This document shows positions 39,159-48,439 of a stretch of DNA of 64,000 bases, piece after piece. Position 1 is the stretch's first letter. Each line of letters begins with the position of its first letter. The notes under the pieces are model-generated. The model was not told the DNA's origin, made no database searches, and saw nothing but the letters and a program-made list of their open reading frames with translations. The DNA comes from Chloroflexota bacterium (lineage in GTDB: Bacteria > Chloroflexota > Dehalococcoidia > Bin125): assembly GCA_028873865.1 (NCBI GenBank), contig JAPPNI010000039.1, forward strand, positions 26,752 through 90,751. Reading direction: 5' to 3'. A program made the translations under genes and the position numbers.

Positions 39159-40055
39159 ATGCGTGAGTTCAGCGGCAAGACGGCAGTGGTGACCGGAGCT
39201 GCGAGTGGGATGGGCTACGCCTTCGCAGAACGCTTCGCCGCCGAGGGCATGAACGTGGTCCTCGCCGACATCGAGACTGACACCCTCAATGCTGCTGTGA
39301 CCCGGCTGGAACAGCAGGAACGCAACGTGATCGGCGTCGAGGTCAACACGATGCGCCGGGAAACCCTCGAAAGCGTCCGCGATCAGGCGCTCGATCGCTT
39401 CGGCAAGATCCACGTGCTCTGCAACAATGCCGGCGTCACCTCGCGCCGCGACGGCGGGCTCGGCTCAGGCGTTGGCGCTGTACCAGTCTGGGAGGTTCCC
39501 GACTCCACCTGGGACTGGGTCATGGGCGTCAACTTCTGGGGGGTCCTCTACGGACTCCAGGTCTTCGTGCCCTCGATGCTGGAGCACGGCGAAGCGGGCC
39601 ACATCGTCAACACGGCATCGGTCGCCGGACTGATCCCCGGCGCATCGGCCTACAGCGTTTCGAAGCACGGCGTCCTGACCCTGACCGAGGGACTCTGGCA
39701 TCACCTGCGAACAGCAGACTCGAACATCTCCGCGTCAGTCCTCTGCCCGGGATTCGTCAACACCCAGATCAACGAGGCGGAGCGCAATCGCCCCAGCGAG
39801 TTCGGCCAGTCGATTGAAGCCAATGAAGCGCAGCGCGCCGCTTCCCAGATCTTCCTCGGCGGAGGCATGGATCCTTCAGACGTTGCCGAACTCGTCTGGC
39901 AAGCGATGGTCAACGACCAGCTCTACATCCTCCCGCACGACGGCTGGCGAGACATCATCCGCGGTCGCGTCGAATCCGTCCTGGACGGCCAACAGCCGGT
40001 CGAAGTCGACTTCCAGAAGATGATGGAACGACGCGCCCAGGGCGAATTCGTCTGA
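39159..40055 (+). CDS. SDR family oxidoreductase (B3)
   Basis: MREFSGKTAVVTGAASGMG; paralog. Confidence 0.85.
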   Translation: MREFSGKTAVVTGAASGMGYAFAERFAAEGMNVVLADIETDTLNAAVTRLEQQERNVIGVEVNTMRRETLESVRDQALDRFGKIHVLCNNAGVTSRRDGGLGSGVGAVPVWEVPDSTWDWVMGVNFWGVLYGLQVFVPSMLEHGEAGHIVNTASVAGLIPGASAYSVSKHGVLTLTEGLWHHLRTADSNISASVLCPGFVNTQINEAERNRPSEFGQSIEANEAQRAASQIFLGGGMDPSDVAELVWQAMVNDQLYILPHDGWRDIIRGRVESVLDGQQPVEVDFQKMMERRAQGEFV

Positions 40056-40068
40056 ACAGGAACACGGA

Positions 40069-40944
40069 ATGCGCGACTTCAGCAATTGCACGGCCATCGT
40101 CACCGGCGCGGCGTCGGGCATGGGTTACGCATTTGCCGAGCGCTTCGCCGCCGAAGGCATGAACGTCGTCCTCGTCGACATCGAGGCAGATGCGCTGAAG
40201 GCAGCCGTCACCCGACTGGAGCAGGACGAACGCAGCGTCGTCGGCATCGAAGTCAACACGATGCAGCGGGAATCGGTCGAATCGCTCCGCGACCAGGCGA
40301 TCGTTCGCTTCGGCAACATCCACGTGCTCTGCAACAACGCCGGCGTGACCAGCAGCGAGGACGGAGGAGCCCGCAGCCTGTGGGAGATCCCCGACTCAAC
40401 CTGGGACTGGGTGCTGGGCGTCAACTTCTACGGCGTGCTGTACGGCATTCAGTCATTCCTGCCCCACATGATCGAACACGGCGAACCGGGGCATGTGGTC
40501 AACACAGCCTCCGTAGGTGGGATCGTTGCCGGCTCCGGCGCGTACAGCGCGTCCAAGCACGGCGCCCTGTCACTGAGCGAGGGCCCCTATCTCGACCTTC
40601 GTGCGGCCGACTCGAAGATCTCGGCCAGCGTGCTCTGTCCAGGCCTGGTACAGACCAACCTGCTCAACGCTGAGCGCAACCGGCCCGATCAGTTCGGCGG
40701 GCCCGCCGAGCCCACACAGGAAAGCTTTGCCGCCGAGATGATGTGGCAGGACGCGATGGATCCGAGCAACGTCGCCTCGCTCGTCTGGGACGCGATCGTG
40801 AACGACACTTTCTACATCCTGCCCCATCCCGGTTTCGATGAGATTGTTAGGGACCGGGTCGATCGGATCCTGTCGCGAACCGCACCCGAGCCGCTGGACT
40901 ACGCAAACTTGGCCAAACGACGGGCGGCCGGCGAGTTGGTCTAG
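40069..40944 (+). CDS. SDR family oxidoreductase (B4)
   Basis: MRDFSNCTAIVTGAASGMG; paralog. Confidence 0.85.
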   Translation: MRDFSNCTAIVTGAASGMGYAFAERFAAEGMNVVLVDIEADALKAAVTRLEQDERSVVGIEVNTMQRESVESLRDQAIVRFGNIHVLCNNAGVTSSEDGGARSLWEIPDSTWDWVLGVNFYGVLYGIQSFLPHMIEHGEPGHVVNTASVGGIVAGSGAYSASKHGALSLSEGPYLDLRAADSKISASVLCPGLVQTNLLNAERNRPDQFGGPAEPTQESFAAEMMWQDAMDPSNVASLVWDAIVNDTFYILPHPGFDEIVRDRVDRILSRTAPEPLDYANLAKRRAAGELV

Positions 40945-40958
40945 CAGGGACTCTGCAG

Positions 40959-41549
40959 CTACTCGTCGCCGCCTGCTTCGAGCTGCGCCGCGAACTCTTT
41001 GCGCCCGACTCGCTCCTTCTCCGTCTTTGCGAGGATCGTCTCGGGAATCCAGAAGGGCAGATTCTCGTCGGCGCGGCTGGGGGCGAGCAGGTCGTCGAGG
41101 TCCATGACCAACTCACGCCGATCGTACTTGGTCTGCTCGTGACCCTCCCACAACGGCAGCATGGCGATCGCGTCGAAGGGGCAGACTTCGACGCAGATGT
41201 TGCAGCGCATGCAGCGGCCGAAGTCGATGTAGAAATCGTCGATCACCGACTTGTGATTGCTCTTGCCTGCGGCACTAGCCGGATTCTTCATCAGCGTCGT
41301 CGTCATGCAGTCGACTGGACAGGCCGCGGCGCACTTGCCACAACCGGTGCAGTTGGGCTCTTCCAGCTGATGATTCCAGATCAGGTAGGGGAACGTGCGG
41401 GCACGCTTGGGCAGCTGCTTCTTTTCGAACGGGTAATGCACTGTGACCGGCCCTCGACCGACCACTTTCGCGCCCCGACCGATGACCTTGAACACACCCC
41501 GCATGGCCCGCTCCCTGTCTTGCAGCGCTACCGACTCAGGATAGCGCAC
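40959..41549 (-). CDS. NuoI-like 2x[4Fe-4S] ferredoxin (complex I subunit I homolog), isolated
   Basis: CTGCGKCAAACP and CMRCNICVEVCP motifs, colinear with NuoI including N-terminal YPFEK region. Confidence 0.7.
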   Translation of the reverse strand: MRYPESVALQDRERAMRGVFKVIGRGAKVVGRGPVTVHYPFEKKQLPKRARTFPYLIWNHQLEEPNCTGCGKCAAACPVDCMTTTLMKNPASAAGKSNHKSVIDDFYIDFGRCMRCNICVEVCPFDAIAMLPLWEGHEQTKYDRRELVMDLDDLLAPSRADENLPFWIPETILAKTEKERVGRKEFAAQLEAGGDE

Positions 41550-41561
41550 GACCCAACCCGC

Positions 41562-42236
41562 TCAGAGCGACATCTCCGGCACCTCTTCGGGAATCAACAG
41601 TGCGGCGCCGGTCCACTCCGCCACCTTCGACGGGCCGACGCCCGGCGCCCGTTCCCGCAACGTCAGACCTTGGAGACCGACATCGATCACCGCCAGATCG
41701 GTGATGATCACGTCCACGCAGCGCTCCGCCGTCAACGGATACTCGCAGATCTCGACGATGCGCGGCTGGCCGTCGCGAGTGACGTGAGCCATGGCAACGA
41801 TCAGCTTGCGCGCCCCAACGGCCAGGTCCATCGCCCCGCCGACGCTGCCGCCGCCGCGCGCCGGGACATACCAGTTGGCCAAGTCTCCGCGCGCGGAGAC
41901 CTGGAGACCGCCGAGAATCGCAGCGTCGATGTGGCCGCCTCGGATCATGGCGAACGAATCGGCGGTGTCGAAGAAGCTCGCGCCCGGGACCAGATCGACC
42001 GGCTGTCCGCCGGCGTTGATCAGGTCGGAGTCGAAGTCCGATTCGGAAATGCCGGAGTAACCCAGGATTCCGTTTTCGGCCTGGAACAGGATGTCGTCCG
42101 ACGGCTTGACGAACCCCGCGACCAGCGTCGGCAGACCGATGCCCAGGTTGACGACCGATCCCGGCTCCAGCTCGCGCGCTGCTCGGAGCGCAATCAGTTC
42201 GCGGCTCAGTCCGGTTGGCGGCGTCGAGGAGGACAT
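41562..42236 (-). CDS. 3-oxoacid CoA-transferase subunit B
   Basis: NLGIGLPTL...ENG catalytic-Glu region; start ATG 42236 overlapping subunit A stop. Confidence 0.85.
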   Translation of the reverse strand: MSSSTPPTGLSRELIALRAARELEPGSVVNLGIGLPTLVAGFVKPSDDILFQAENGILGYSGISESDFDSDLINAGGQPVDLVPGASFFDTADSFAMIRGGHIDAAILGGLQVSARGDLANWYVPARGGGSVGGAMDLAVGARKLIVAMAHVTRDGQPRIVEICEYPLTAERCVDVIITDLAVIDVGLQGLTLRERAPGVGPSKVAEWTGAALLIPEEVPEMSL

Positions 42237-42238
42237 GA

Positions 42239-42931
42239 TCAACCCTCCCAGCGCACGGGTATCGGCTCGCATCGCACCAGCCGATCGACGTAGATGGCTG
42301 GCGTCCCGACCAGTTCGGGTGGGATCTCACCCGGTTCCACGAGCTCCTCAACCTCCGCGATCACCAGGTCGGCGGCCGTCGCCATCACCGGATTGAAGTT
42401 GGGACCGGCCAGGCGATATTGGAGATTGCCGTGGAGATCGCCTCGCCATGCCTTGAGCAGTGCCACGTCACCGCGCAGCGGGCGCTCAAGCAACCAGCGC
42501 TCTCCGTCCAGCTCGATGATCTGCTTGCCTTCAGCCATCATCGTGCCTAGACCAGTTCTGGTGAGGACGCCACCGAGGCCAGCTCCGCCGGCCCGCAACC
42601 GCTCGATTAGCGTGCCCTGCGGGACGAGCTCCAACTCGACTTCGCCCGCGCGATAGAGTACCTCGAATCGTGAGGACCGAGTGCCCGACGCTCTGATCGC
42701 GAAGGTCGCAATCACTTTGGCCAGTTGACGGTCCTCGCAAAGCTCGTCGAGCAGGTCGCCCAGACCGATGTTGTTCGCAACCGCGGTCAGATCGGTCTGT
42801 CCCCCGCGCTTCAACGCAAGAATCAGATTGGACGGCGTGCCCGCTGAGACAAAGCCGCCGACCAGGACCGTCGCCCCATCAGCAACGTCGGCCACCGCGG
42901 CATCGGACGTGTCAAAAATCTGAGCGATCAT
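42239..42931 (-). CDS. 3-oxoacid CoA-transferase subunit A
   Basis: 230 aa; VLVGGFVSAGTP motif. Confidence 0.85.
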   Translation of the reverse strand: MIAQIFDTSDAAVADVADGATVLVGGFVSAGTPSNLILALKRGGQTDLTAVANNIGLGDLLDELCEDRQLAKVIATFAIRASGTRSSRFEVLYRAGEVELELVPQGTLIERLRAGGAGLGGVLTRTGLGTMMAEGKQIIELDGERWLLERPLRGDVALLKAWRGDLHGNLQYRLAGPNFNPVMATAADLVIAEVEELVEPGEIPPELVGTPAIYVDRLVRCEPIPVRWEG

Positions 42932-43005
42932 GCGCCGATCCTACCGCCAGCGCCGCATCAGATATCTTGCTCCTATCTGGCATCTGTGCCCCAAGGAGGC
43001 TGATC

Positions 43006-44229
43006 ATGCCCGCCCCGCTCGAAGGAATCCGCGTCGTCGACTTCACTCGCTACCAGAACGGTCCACACGCCACGGCGATGCTCGCCGACATGGGCGCCGA
43101 TGTGCTCAAGGTCGAAATGCCGGGCAACGGCGACCCCGGACGACAACTCGGCGTGGGCGCCGACGGCTTCTGCTCCTACTTCGAAGCCCTCAACCGGGGC
43201 AAGCGCTCGATGACGCTCGACCTGAGAGCGGAGGGCGCCATCGAGGTCGTTCACAAGCTGATCCAGGACGCTGACGTTCTGACTGAGAACTTCCGCCCCG
43301 GCTACCTCGATTCCATTGGACTGGGCTATGACGACCTCAAGGACGTGAATCCGCAGTTGATCTATGCGACGAACTCCGGCTTCGGTCCCGAGGGCGAGTG
43401 GGCGACCCGCGGCTCCTTCGATGTCGTGGCGCAGGGCATGTCGGGCGCGATGATCGCCCTCGGGGGCGGTCCCGGCGAGCGGCCAATCACCGCGCCCTGG
43501 GGTCTGGCCGACCAGACAGGCTCGCTGCTCTTCGCCTACGGGATTGTGACCGCTCTATTCGCGCGATCGCAGCACGGCGTCGGGCAGAAGATTGACGTGT
43601 CGCAACTCGGAGCGATGCTGACCCTGCAGGCCCTCTCGCTGCAAGCCTTCTTGCACAGCGGCTTTCAGCCGATCCTCAAACCGGGCCGCTCCTTCTCAGC
43701 GACGTTCAGCTGGTACCAGGCGGGCGACGGCAAGTGGTTCACGATGGGCCTGCTCGACCCGAAGAGCTGGCCACCGCTCTGTGAGGCGCTCGACCGACCC
43801 GACCTGCTCAACGACGAACGCTCCACCGATCCCTTCCAGCGCCGCGACAATGAGGAATGGCTACGCTCCGAGCTCGAACAGACCTTTCAGCAGCGGACTC
43901 GCGAGGAGTGGCTCTCGCGCCTGATTGCCGCTCGAATCCCCTGCGGTCCCGTCTACGACTATGAAGAGGTTGCCAATGACAACCACTTCTGGCTCAACGG
44001 CTATCTCCAGCAGCCACCCCATCCGCACTTCAAGGACCACAAGGTCGTGGGCATCCCGGTCAGCTTCAGTGAAACCAAGACCCAGGTGCAATCATCGGCG
44101 CCTGAGCTGGGCCAGGACACCGAACTCGAGCTGCTCAATTTGGGCTACGACTGGTCCGACATTGAGCGCCTGCACGACACCGGCGTCACCGCCGTCCAGA
44201 GCCAGGGCTCAGCTGCCGCAGGCGACTGA
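43006..44229 (+). CDS. CoA-transferase family III (CaiB/BaiF-type)
   Basis: LEGIRVVDFTRYQNGPHATAMLADMGADVLKVE N-terminal signature; AAGGAGG SD. Confidence 0.85.
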   Translation: MPAPLEGIRVVDFTRYQNGPHATAMLADMGADVLKVEMPGNGDPGRQLGVGADGFCSYFEALNRGKRSMTLDLRAEGAIEVVHKLIQDADVLTENFRPGYLDSIGLGYDDLKDVNPQLIYATNSGFGPEGEWATRGSFDVVAQGMSGAMIALGGGPGERPITAPWGLADQTGSLLFAYGIVTALFARSQHGVGQKIDVSQLGAMLTLQALSLQAFLHSGFQPILKPGRSFSATFSWYQAGDGKWFTMGLLDPKSWPPLCEALDRPDLLNDERSTDPFQRRDNEEWLRSELEQTFQQRTREEWLSRLIAARIPCGPVYDYEEVANDNHFWLNGYLQQPPHPHFKDHKVVGIPVSFSETKTQVQSSAPELGQDTELELLNLGYDWSDIERLHDTGVTAVQSQGSAAAGD

Positions 44230-44252
44230 TCTACTGACGGCAGTTTCATCGA

Positions 44253-45446
44253 ATGCAGCCGGATCCCGCAGATCATCCGATTGTCCAGGTTGCCAGGGAC
44301 TTGCAACCATTGGTTGCGACGTGCGCGGACGAGACCGAGGCCAACGGCAAGCCGCCCGAGCATCTGATTGAGACCTTCACCGACGCGGGGCTGTTCCGCC
44401 TCTTCATCCCGGCCGCAGCCGGCGGCCTGGAAGTACCGCCGCTGGTCACCTTCCACACCGTCGAGGCGCTGTCCGAGGCCGATCCCTCCAGCGGCTGGGT
44501 CGTCATGCTCGCCGCCGAGCTATCACTTGCCACTGGCTTCCTCGAAACGGAGCATCTGCGCGAGATGATCGGAGCGAATGATCCCGGTGGTCCTCGCTGC
44601 CGGATCGCGGGCTCGGCCCGGCCGACGAACTGGGGCAGGCGTTGCGAGGGCGGCTGGATCATTAATGGGATCGCCACCTACGCCAGCGGAATTGACCACG
44701 CCACCCAGGTGGTCGCGGCGTTCCGCGACGAAGACCGGCCCCAAAACTCCTACATGTCGTTTCTGGATCCGGATCAGGGAACCATCCTACGGACCTGGGA
44801 CACCATGGGTCTCCGCGGAACTGGCTCGCACGACTACGAAAGCGCGGACGTGTTCGCGCCTGACCAGCGAACGATGAAAATCGGCTCACGGCCTCATGCC
44901 ACGGGTCCGAACTGGAGAATCCCCGACAACGGCATCGCCAGCTGGTTGCAGAACGGTGGTCAAGCCCTGGGAGCGGCCCAGGGGGCGATCAACGAAGTGG
45001 TCAAGCACGCGAAACTCGTGGCCAGCAAGAGTGACTCCCGCTCACTGGCCGAGCGCGAGCACTTCCGCGTGGCATTGGGACGCGCTCAGGCTCGAGTTGG
45101 GTCGGCCCGATCATATGTCCGCGAGATGGGCTCACTGGCCTGGCAATCAGTGCTCGATGGAGAACCCAATCTCGACGCCGTTGCCCAGTGGCGGCTGGCC
45201 AACGTCAACGCGGTCCACGCCGCGACCGAGGCCGTAGAGCTGCTGTTCCCGGCGGCGGGAACCAATGCCATCCACCGACGCTGGACGCTGGAACGCCGTT
45301 TCCGCGACCTGCAGGTCGCCAGGCGGCACAATGCCGGGCTCGACTTCAACTGGGATGCTGGGACACGCCACATGCTCGGCATGCCGGCGCTGACCAGGGG
45401 CGCGGCTATTCCCGATCGCGATCGCTATCGCACCGACCACACTTAG
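44253..45446 (+). CDS. acyl-CoA dehydrogenase family protein
   Basis: 397 aa ACAD-like three-domain layout. Confidence 0.7.
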   Translation: MQPDPADHPIVQVARDLQPLVATCADETEANGKPPEHLIETFTDAGLFRLFIPAAAGGLEVPPLVTFHTVEALSEADPSSGWVVMLAAELSLATGFLETEHLREMIGANDPGGPRCRIAGSARPTNWGRRCEGGWIINGIATYASGIDHATQVVAAFRDEDRPQNSYMSFLDPDQGTILRTWDTMGLRGTGSHDYESADVFAPDQRTMKIGSRPHATGPNWRIPDNGIASWLQNGGQALGAAQGAINEVVKHAKLVASKSDSRSLAEREHFRVALGRAQARVGSARSYVREMGSLAWQSVLDGEPNLDAVAQWRLANVNAVHAATEAVELLFPAAGTNAIHRRWTLERRFRDLQVARRHNAGLDFNWDAGTRHMLGMPALTRGAAIPDRDRYRTDHT

Positions 45447-45467
45447 ACCAGGGTCTGATACCGGATC

Positions 45468-47771
45468 TCAGTCGTCCAGCAACGCGGGCAGTGCCGAATT
45501 CCAGACCGCCGCCGCCTCGGATAGCGGCATGTCAATGCTCCCGACGCGAAAGCGGTCCCCGGCGACGACACCAATCCTAGTCGCATGAACCCCGCAACGG
45601 CTTGCAATCTCACTCAGTCGCATCACCTGAGCGGGGCCCACACTCACGACCGCGCGAGCCCCGGACTCACCGAACAACGCGGCGTCGAGGCGCTCAACCT
45701 CCCCGATCTCTACCGCAACGCCGACCTCTCCCGCAACGGCCGACTCGGTCAGCGCTACCGCCAGCCCGCCGTCCGAGCAATCGTGGGCCGACTTCAAGAT
45801 TCCGGCCTCCGCGCCAGCTACGAGCGTCTCAACCAATGCAGACTCCGCCGGCAGATCGACCTCGATTGGACCTGCCGACATCCCGTGCAGCACTGAGACA
45901 TACTCACTGCCGCCCAGCGTCGAGGCCCGCTGCGAGAGCGTCCCGCCGAGCATCCAGATCTCGTCTCCCTCGTCTCGGAACGCCATTCGGACTGCTTGCC
46001 TGACATCCGAAATGATGCCCAGCATGCCGACCACCGGGGTCGGTGTGACCGGTCCATCCTCAGACTCGTTGTAGAGGCTGGCATTGCCAGACACGACGGG
46101 CGTCGTGAAGGCACGACAGGCGTCGGCCATACCGCGGATCGATTCTCTGAGTTGGTAGTAAATCGGTGGGCGCTCCGGGTTGGCAAAGTTGAGACAGTCA
46201 GTCACCGCTACGGGACGGGCACCGGCGCAGGCGACATTACGAGCCGCTTCGGCAACGGCCCGGGCAGTGCCGGAGTAGGGATCAAGCTCAACGGCCCGGC
46301 CGGGACCGTCGGTGCATACGGCCAGTCCCTGTTTGAGTCCGCGAATGCGCAACACCGCCGCGTCCGAGCCTGGAGTCACGACGGTGTTGGTGCCGACCAT
46401 GTGGTCGTACTGCCGGTAGATCCAGCGCTTCGAAGCGATGTTGGGTGAGGCGAGAAGTCGCAGCAAGGCATCGTTCGCCGCCGAGGGCTCCAGATCGACC
46501 AACGAAGACGGGTCCCAGCCGGCTCGCGAGGTCGCGTCGGCATCTCGTTCGGCGTAGGGTTCATAGGCAGGCGGGGTGGTCATCACCAAGACCGGAGCCG
46601 CCGCGACTTCCAGGTCACCGTCCAGAACTCGGGCGATGCCGTCGTCGGTCACCTCACCGATCACTTCAGCGTGCAGATCCCAATGCTCGAACCAGTCCTG
46701 AACATCGCCAACGTGGCCGGGCTTCACTGCTGCGATCATCCGCTCCTGTGACTCGGAGAGCATGACCTCGTACGGTGTCATGCCCGACTCACGACGAGGA
46801 ACCTGTCGGGTCTGGATTCGGATCCCCGCTCCGGCTCGCTCCGCCATCTCGACGGTCGACGATGTGATACCGGCCGCACCACAGTCCTGCAGCCCCTCGA
46901 GCCAGTCACGGTGATCGCGGACGAGACCGACGCAGGCATCCATCAGAGACTTCTCGAGGAAGGGATTGCCGACCTGAACGGCCGGACGGCGCTCGGCCGA
47001 CGATTCGTCCAGTTCGACCGAAGCGAACGTGGCACCGTGCAAGCCGTCGCGGCCGGTGTCGGCGCCGACGATCATCAGTTGCGTGCCGGGCGGGCCAGCC
47101 GTCGCCGAGATCAGCGCACCGCGCGGAGCGATGCCGAGGCACATGGCGTTGACGAGCGGATTCCCGCTGTATGACTCACCGACGACCAATTCACCGCCCA
47201 CTGTGGGTATGCCGAGGCAGTTTCCGTAGCCGCCGATCCCGGCGACGACGCCGATACAGAGCCGTCGGTTGCGGCGCTCTTCAAGCGGGCCAAAGCGGAG
47301 GGAGTCGAGCAGGGCAATTGGTTGGGCGCCCATCGCGAAGATGTCGCGGACGATGCCGCCGACGCCAGTGGCCGCACCCTCGTAGGGCTCAATCGCGGAG
47401 GGATGATTGTGCGACTCGATCTTCATCACGGCGACCCAGCCGCCGCCGATATCGATGGCTCCGGCGTTCTCTTCTCCCAGATTGGTCAGGATGCGTTCGT
47501 CCTCAGTCGGAAAGTGATGAAAGAGGGGACGCGAGTGCTTGTAGCCGCAATGCTCGCTCCAGAGCGCCCCGATCATGCCCAGTTCCACGTCAGACGGGGG
47601 GCGGCCCAACGTCTCACAGGCGAGGTCGTACTCTTCGCGGCTGAGTGCGATCTGTGCCAGGACATCGTCGTCGACTTCGGCGGGCGGCGCATCGGCGGGC
47701 GATGGATGATCCGTCACGTCAACCCCACTGTTCGATGATCGAACGCCAGATGACGTTGCCGTCAGTGCCAC
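45468..47771 (-). CDS. purL: phosphoribosylformylglycinamidine synthase subunit PurL
   Basis: 767 aa; SEHCGYKHS, AIR-synthase-related duplicated domains; exact start uncertain (GTG 47771 overlaps purQ). Confidence 0.9.
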   Translation of the reverse strand: MALTATSSGVRSSNSGVDVTDHPSPADAPPAEVDDDVLAQIALSREEYDLACETLGRPPSDVELGMIGALWSEHCGYKHSRPLFHHFPTEDERILTNLGEENAGAIDIGGGWVAVMKIESHNHPSAIEPYEGAATGVGGIVRDIFAMGAQPIALLDSLRFGPLEERRNRRLCIGVVAGIGGYGNCLGIPTVGGELVVGESYSGNPLVNAMCLGIAPRGALISATAGPPGTQLMIVGADTGRDGLHGATFASVELDESSAERRPAVQVGNPFLEKSLMDACVGLVRDHRDWLEGLQDCGAAGITSSTVEMAERAGAGIRIQTRQVPRRESGMTPYEVMLSESQERMIAAVKPGHVGDVQDWFEHWDLHAEVIGEVTDDGIARVLDGDLEVAAAPVLVMTTPPAYEPYAERDADATSRAGWDPSSLVDLEPSAANDALLRLLASPNIASKRWIYRQYDHMVGTNTVVTPGSDAAVLRIRGLKQGLAVCTDGPGRAVELDPYSGTARAVAEAARNVACAGARPVAVTDCLNFANPERPPIYYQLRESIRGMADACRAFTTPVVSGNASLYNESEDGPVTPTPVVGMLGIISDVRQAVRMAFRDEGDEIWMLGGTLSQRASTLGGSEYVSVLHGMSAGPIEVDLPAESALVETLVAGAEAGILKSAHDCSDGGLAVALTESAVAGEVGVAVEIGEVERLDAALFGESGARAVVSVGPAQVMRLSEIASRCGVHATRIGVVAGDRFRVGSIDMPLSEAAAVWNSALPALLDD

Positions 47772-48381
47772 CGAGCAGCGCGTCGGAGGCCCGCTCGGGA
47801 TGGGGCATCATGCCGAGCACGTTGCCCATGGGATTCATGATTCCAGCGATTTCGCGCAACGATCCGTTTGGGTTCTCCCCTGAGTAACGGAACAGAACGC
47901 GCCCGGCGTCTTCGAGCTCGTCCAGGACTGCGGCTGGAGCGAAAAACTGGCCCTCCCCGTGCGAGATCGGCAGGTGGACGACCTGTCCTGGTTCACAGGT
48001 GTTGGTGAAGCCGGTATCCACACGCTCGATAGTCAACTCCTGCGGCTGGCAGCGAAATTGCAGCGAGGCGTTGCGTAACAGCACACCGGGCAGCAGCCCG
48101 GCCTCACAGAGAATCTGGAAGCCGTTGCACGAGCCGAAGATCGGCTTCCCGGTTGCGGCGAACCGATCCAGCGCCGACATGACCGGCGAAAATCTCGCGA
48201 TCGCGCCGCAGCGCAGGTGGTCTCCATAGGAGAATCCCCCGGGCAAAATCACACCGTCGTAATCATCCAGGGACGACTCACGGTGCCAGACCCGTTCGGC
48301 AGTCTGGTTCAAGTCCTCCAGCGCGTAAACGCAGTCCCAGTCGCTCCAGGTTCCGGGAAAGACAAGCACAGCGAAGCGCAT
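47719..48381 (-). CDS. purQ: phosphoribosylformylglycinamidine synthase glutaminase subunit PurQ
   Basis: 220 aa class I GATase; GSCNGFQ catalytic Cys. Confidence 0.9.
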   Translation of the reverse strand: MRFAVLVFPGTWSDWDCVYALEDLNQTAERVWHRESSLDDYDGVILPGGFSYGDHLRCGAIARFSPVMSALDRFAATGKPIFGSCNGFQILCEAGLLPGVLLRNASLQFRCQPQELTIERVDTGFTNTCEPGQVVHLPISHGEGQFFAPAAVLDELEDAGRVLFRYSGENPNGSLREIAGIMNPMGNVLGMMPHPERASDALLGGTDGNVIWRSIIEQWG

Positions 48382-48439
48382 GAACCGATGCTATCCGTCG
48401 TACTCGTTATGGCCAGTTGCAGCGGACCCAGAGCGCTGG

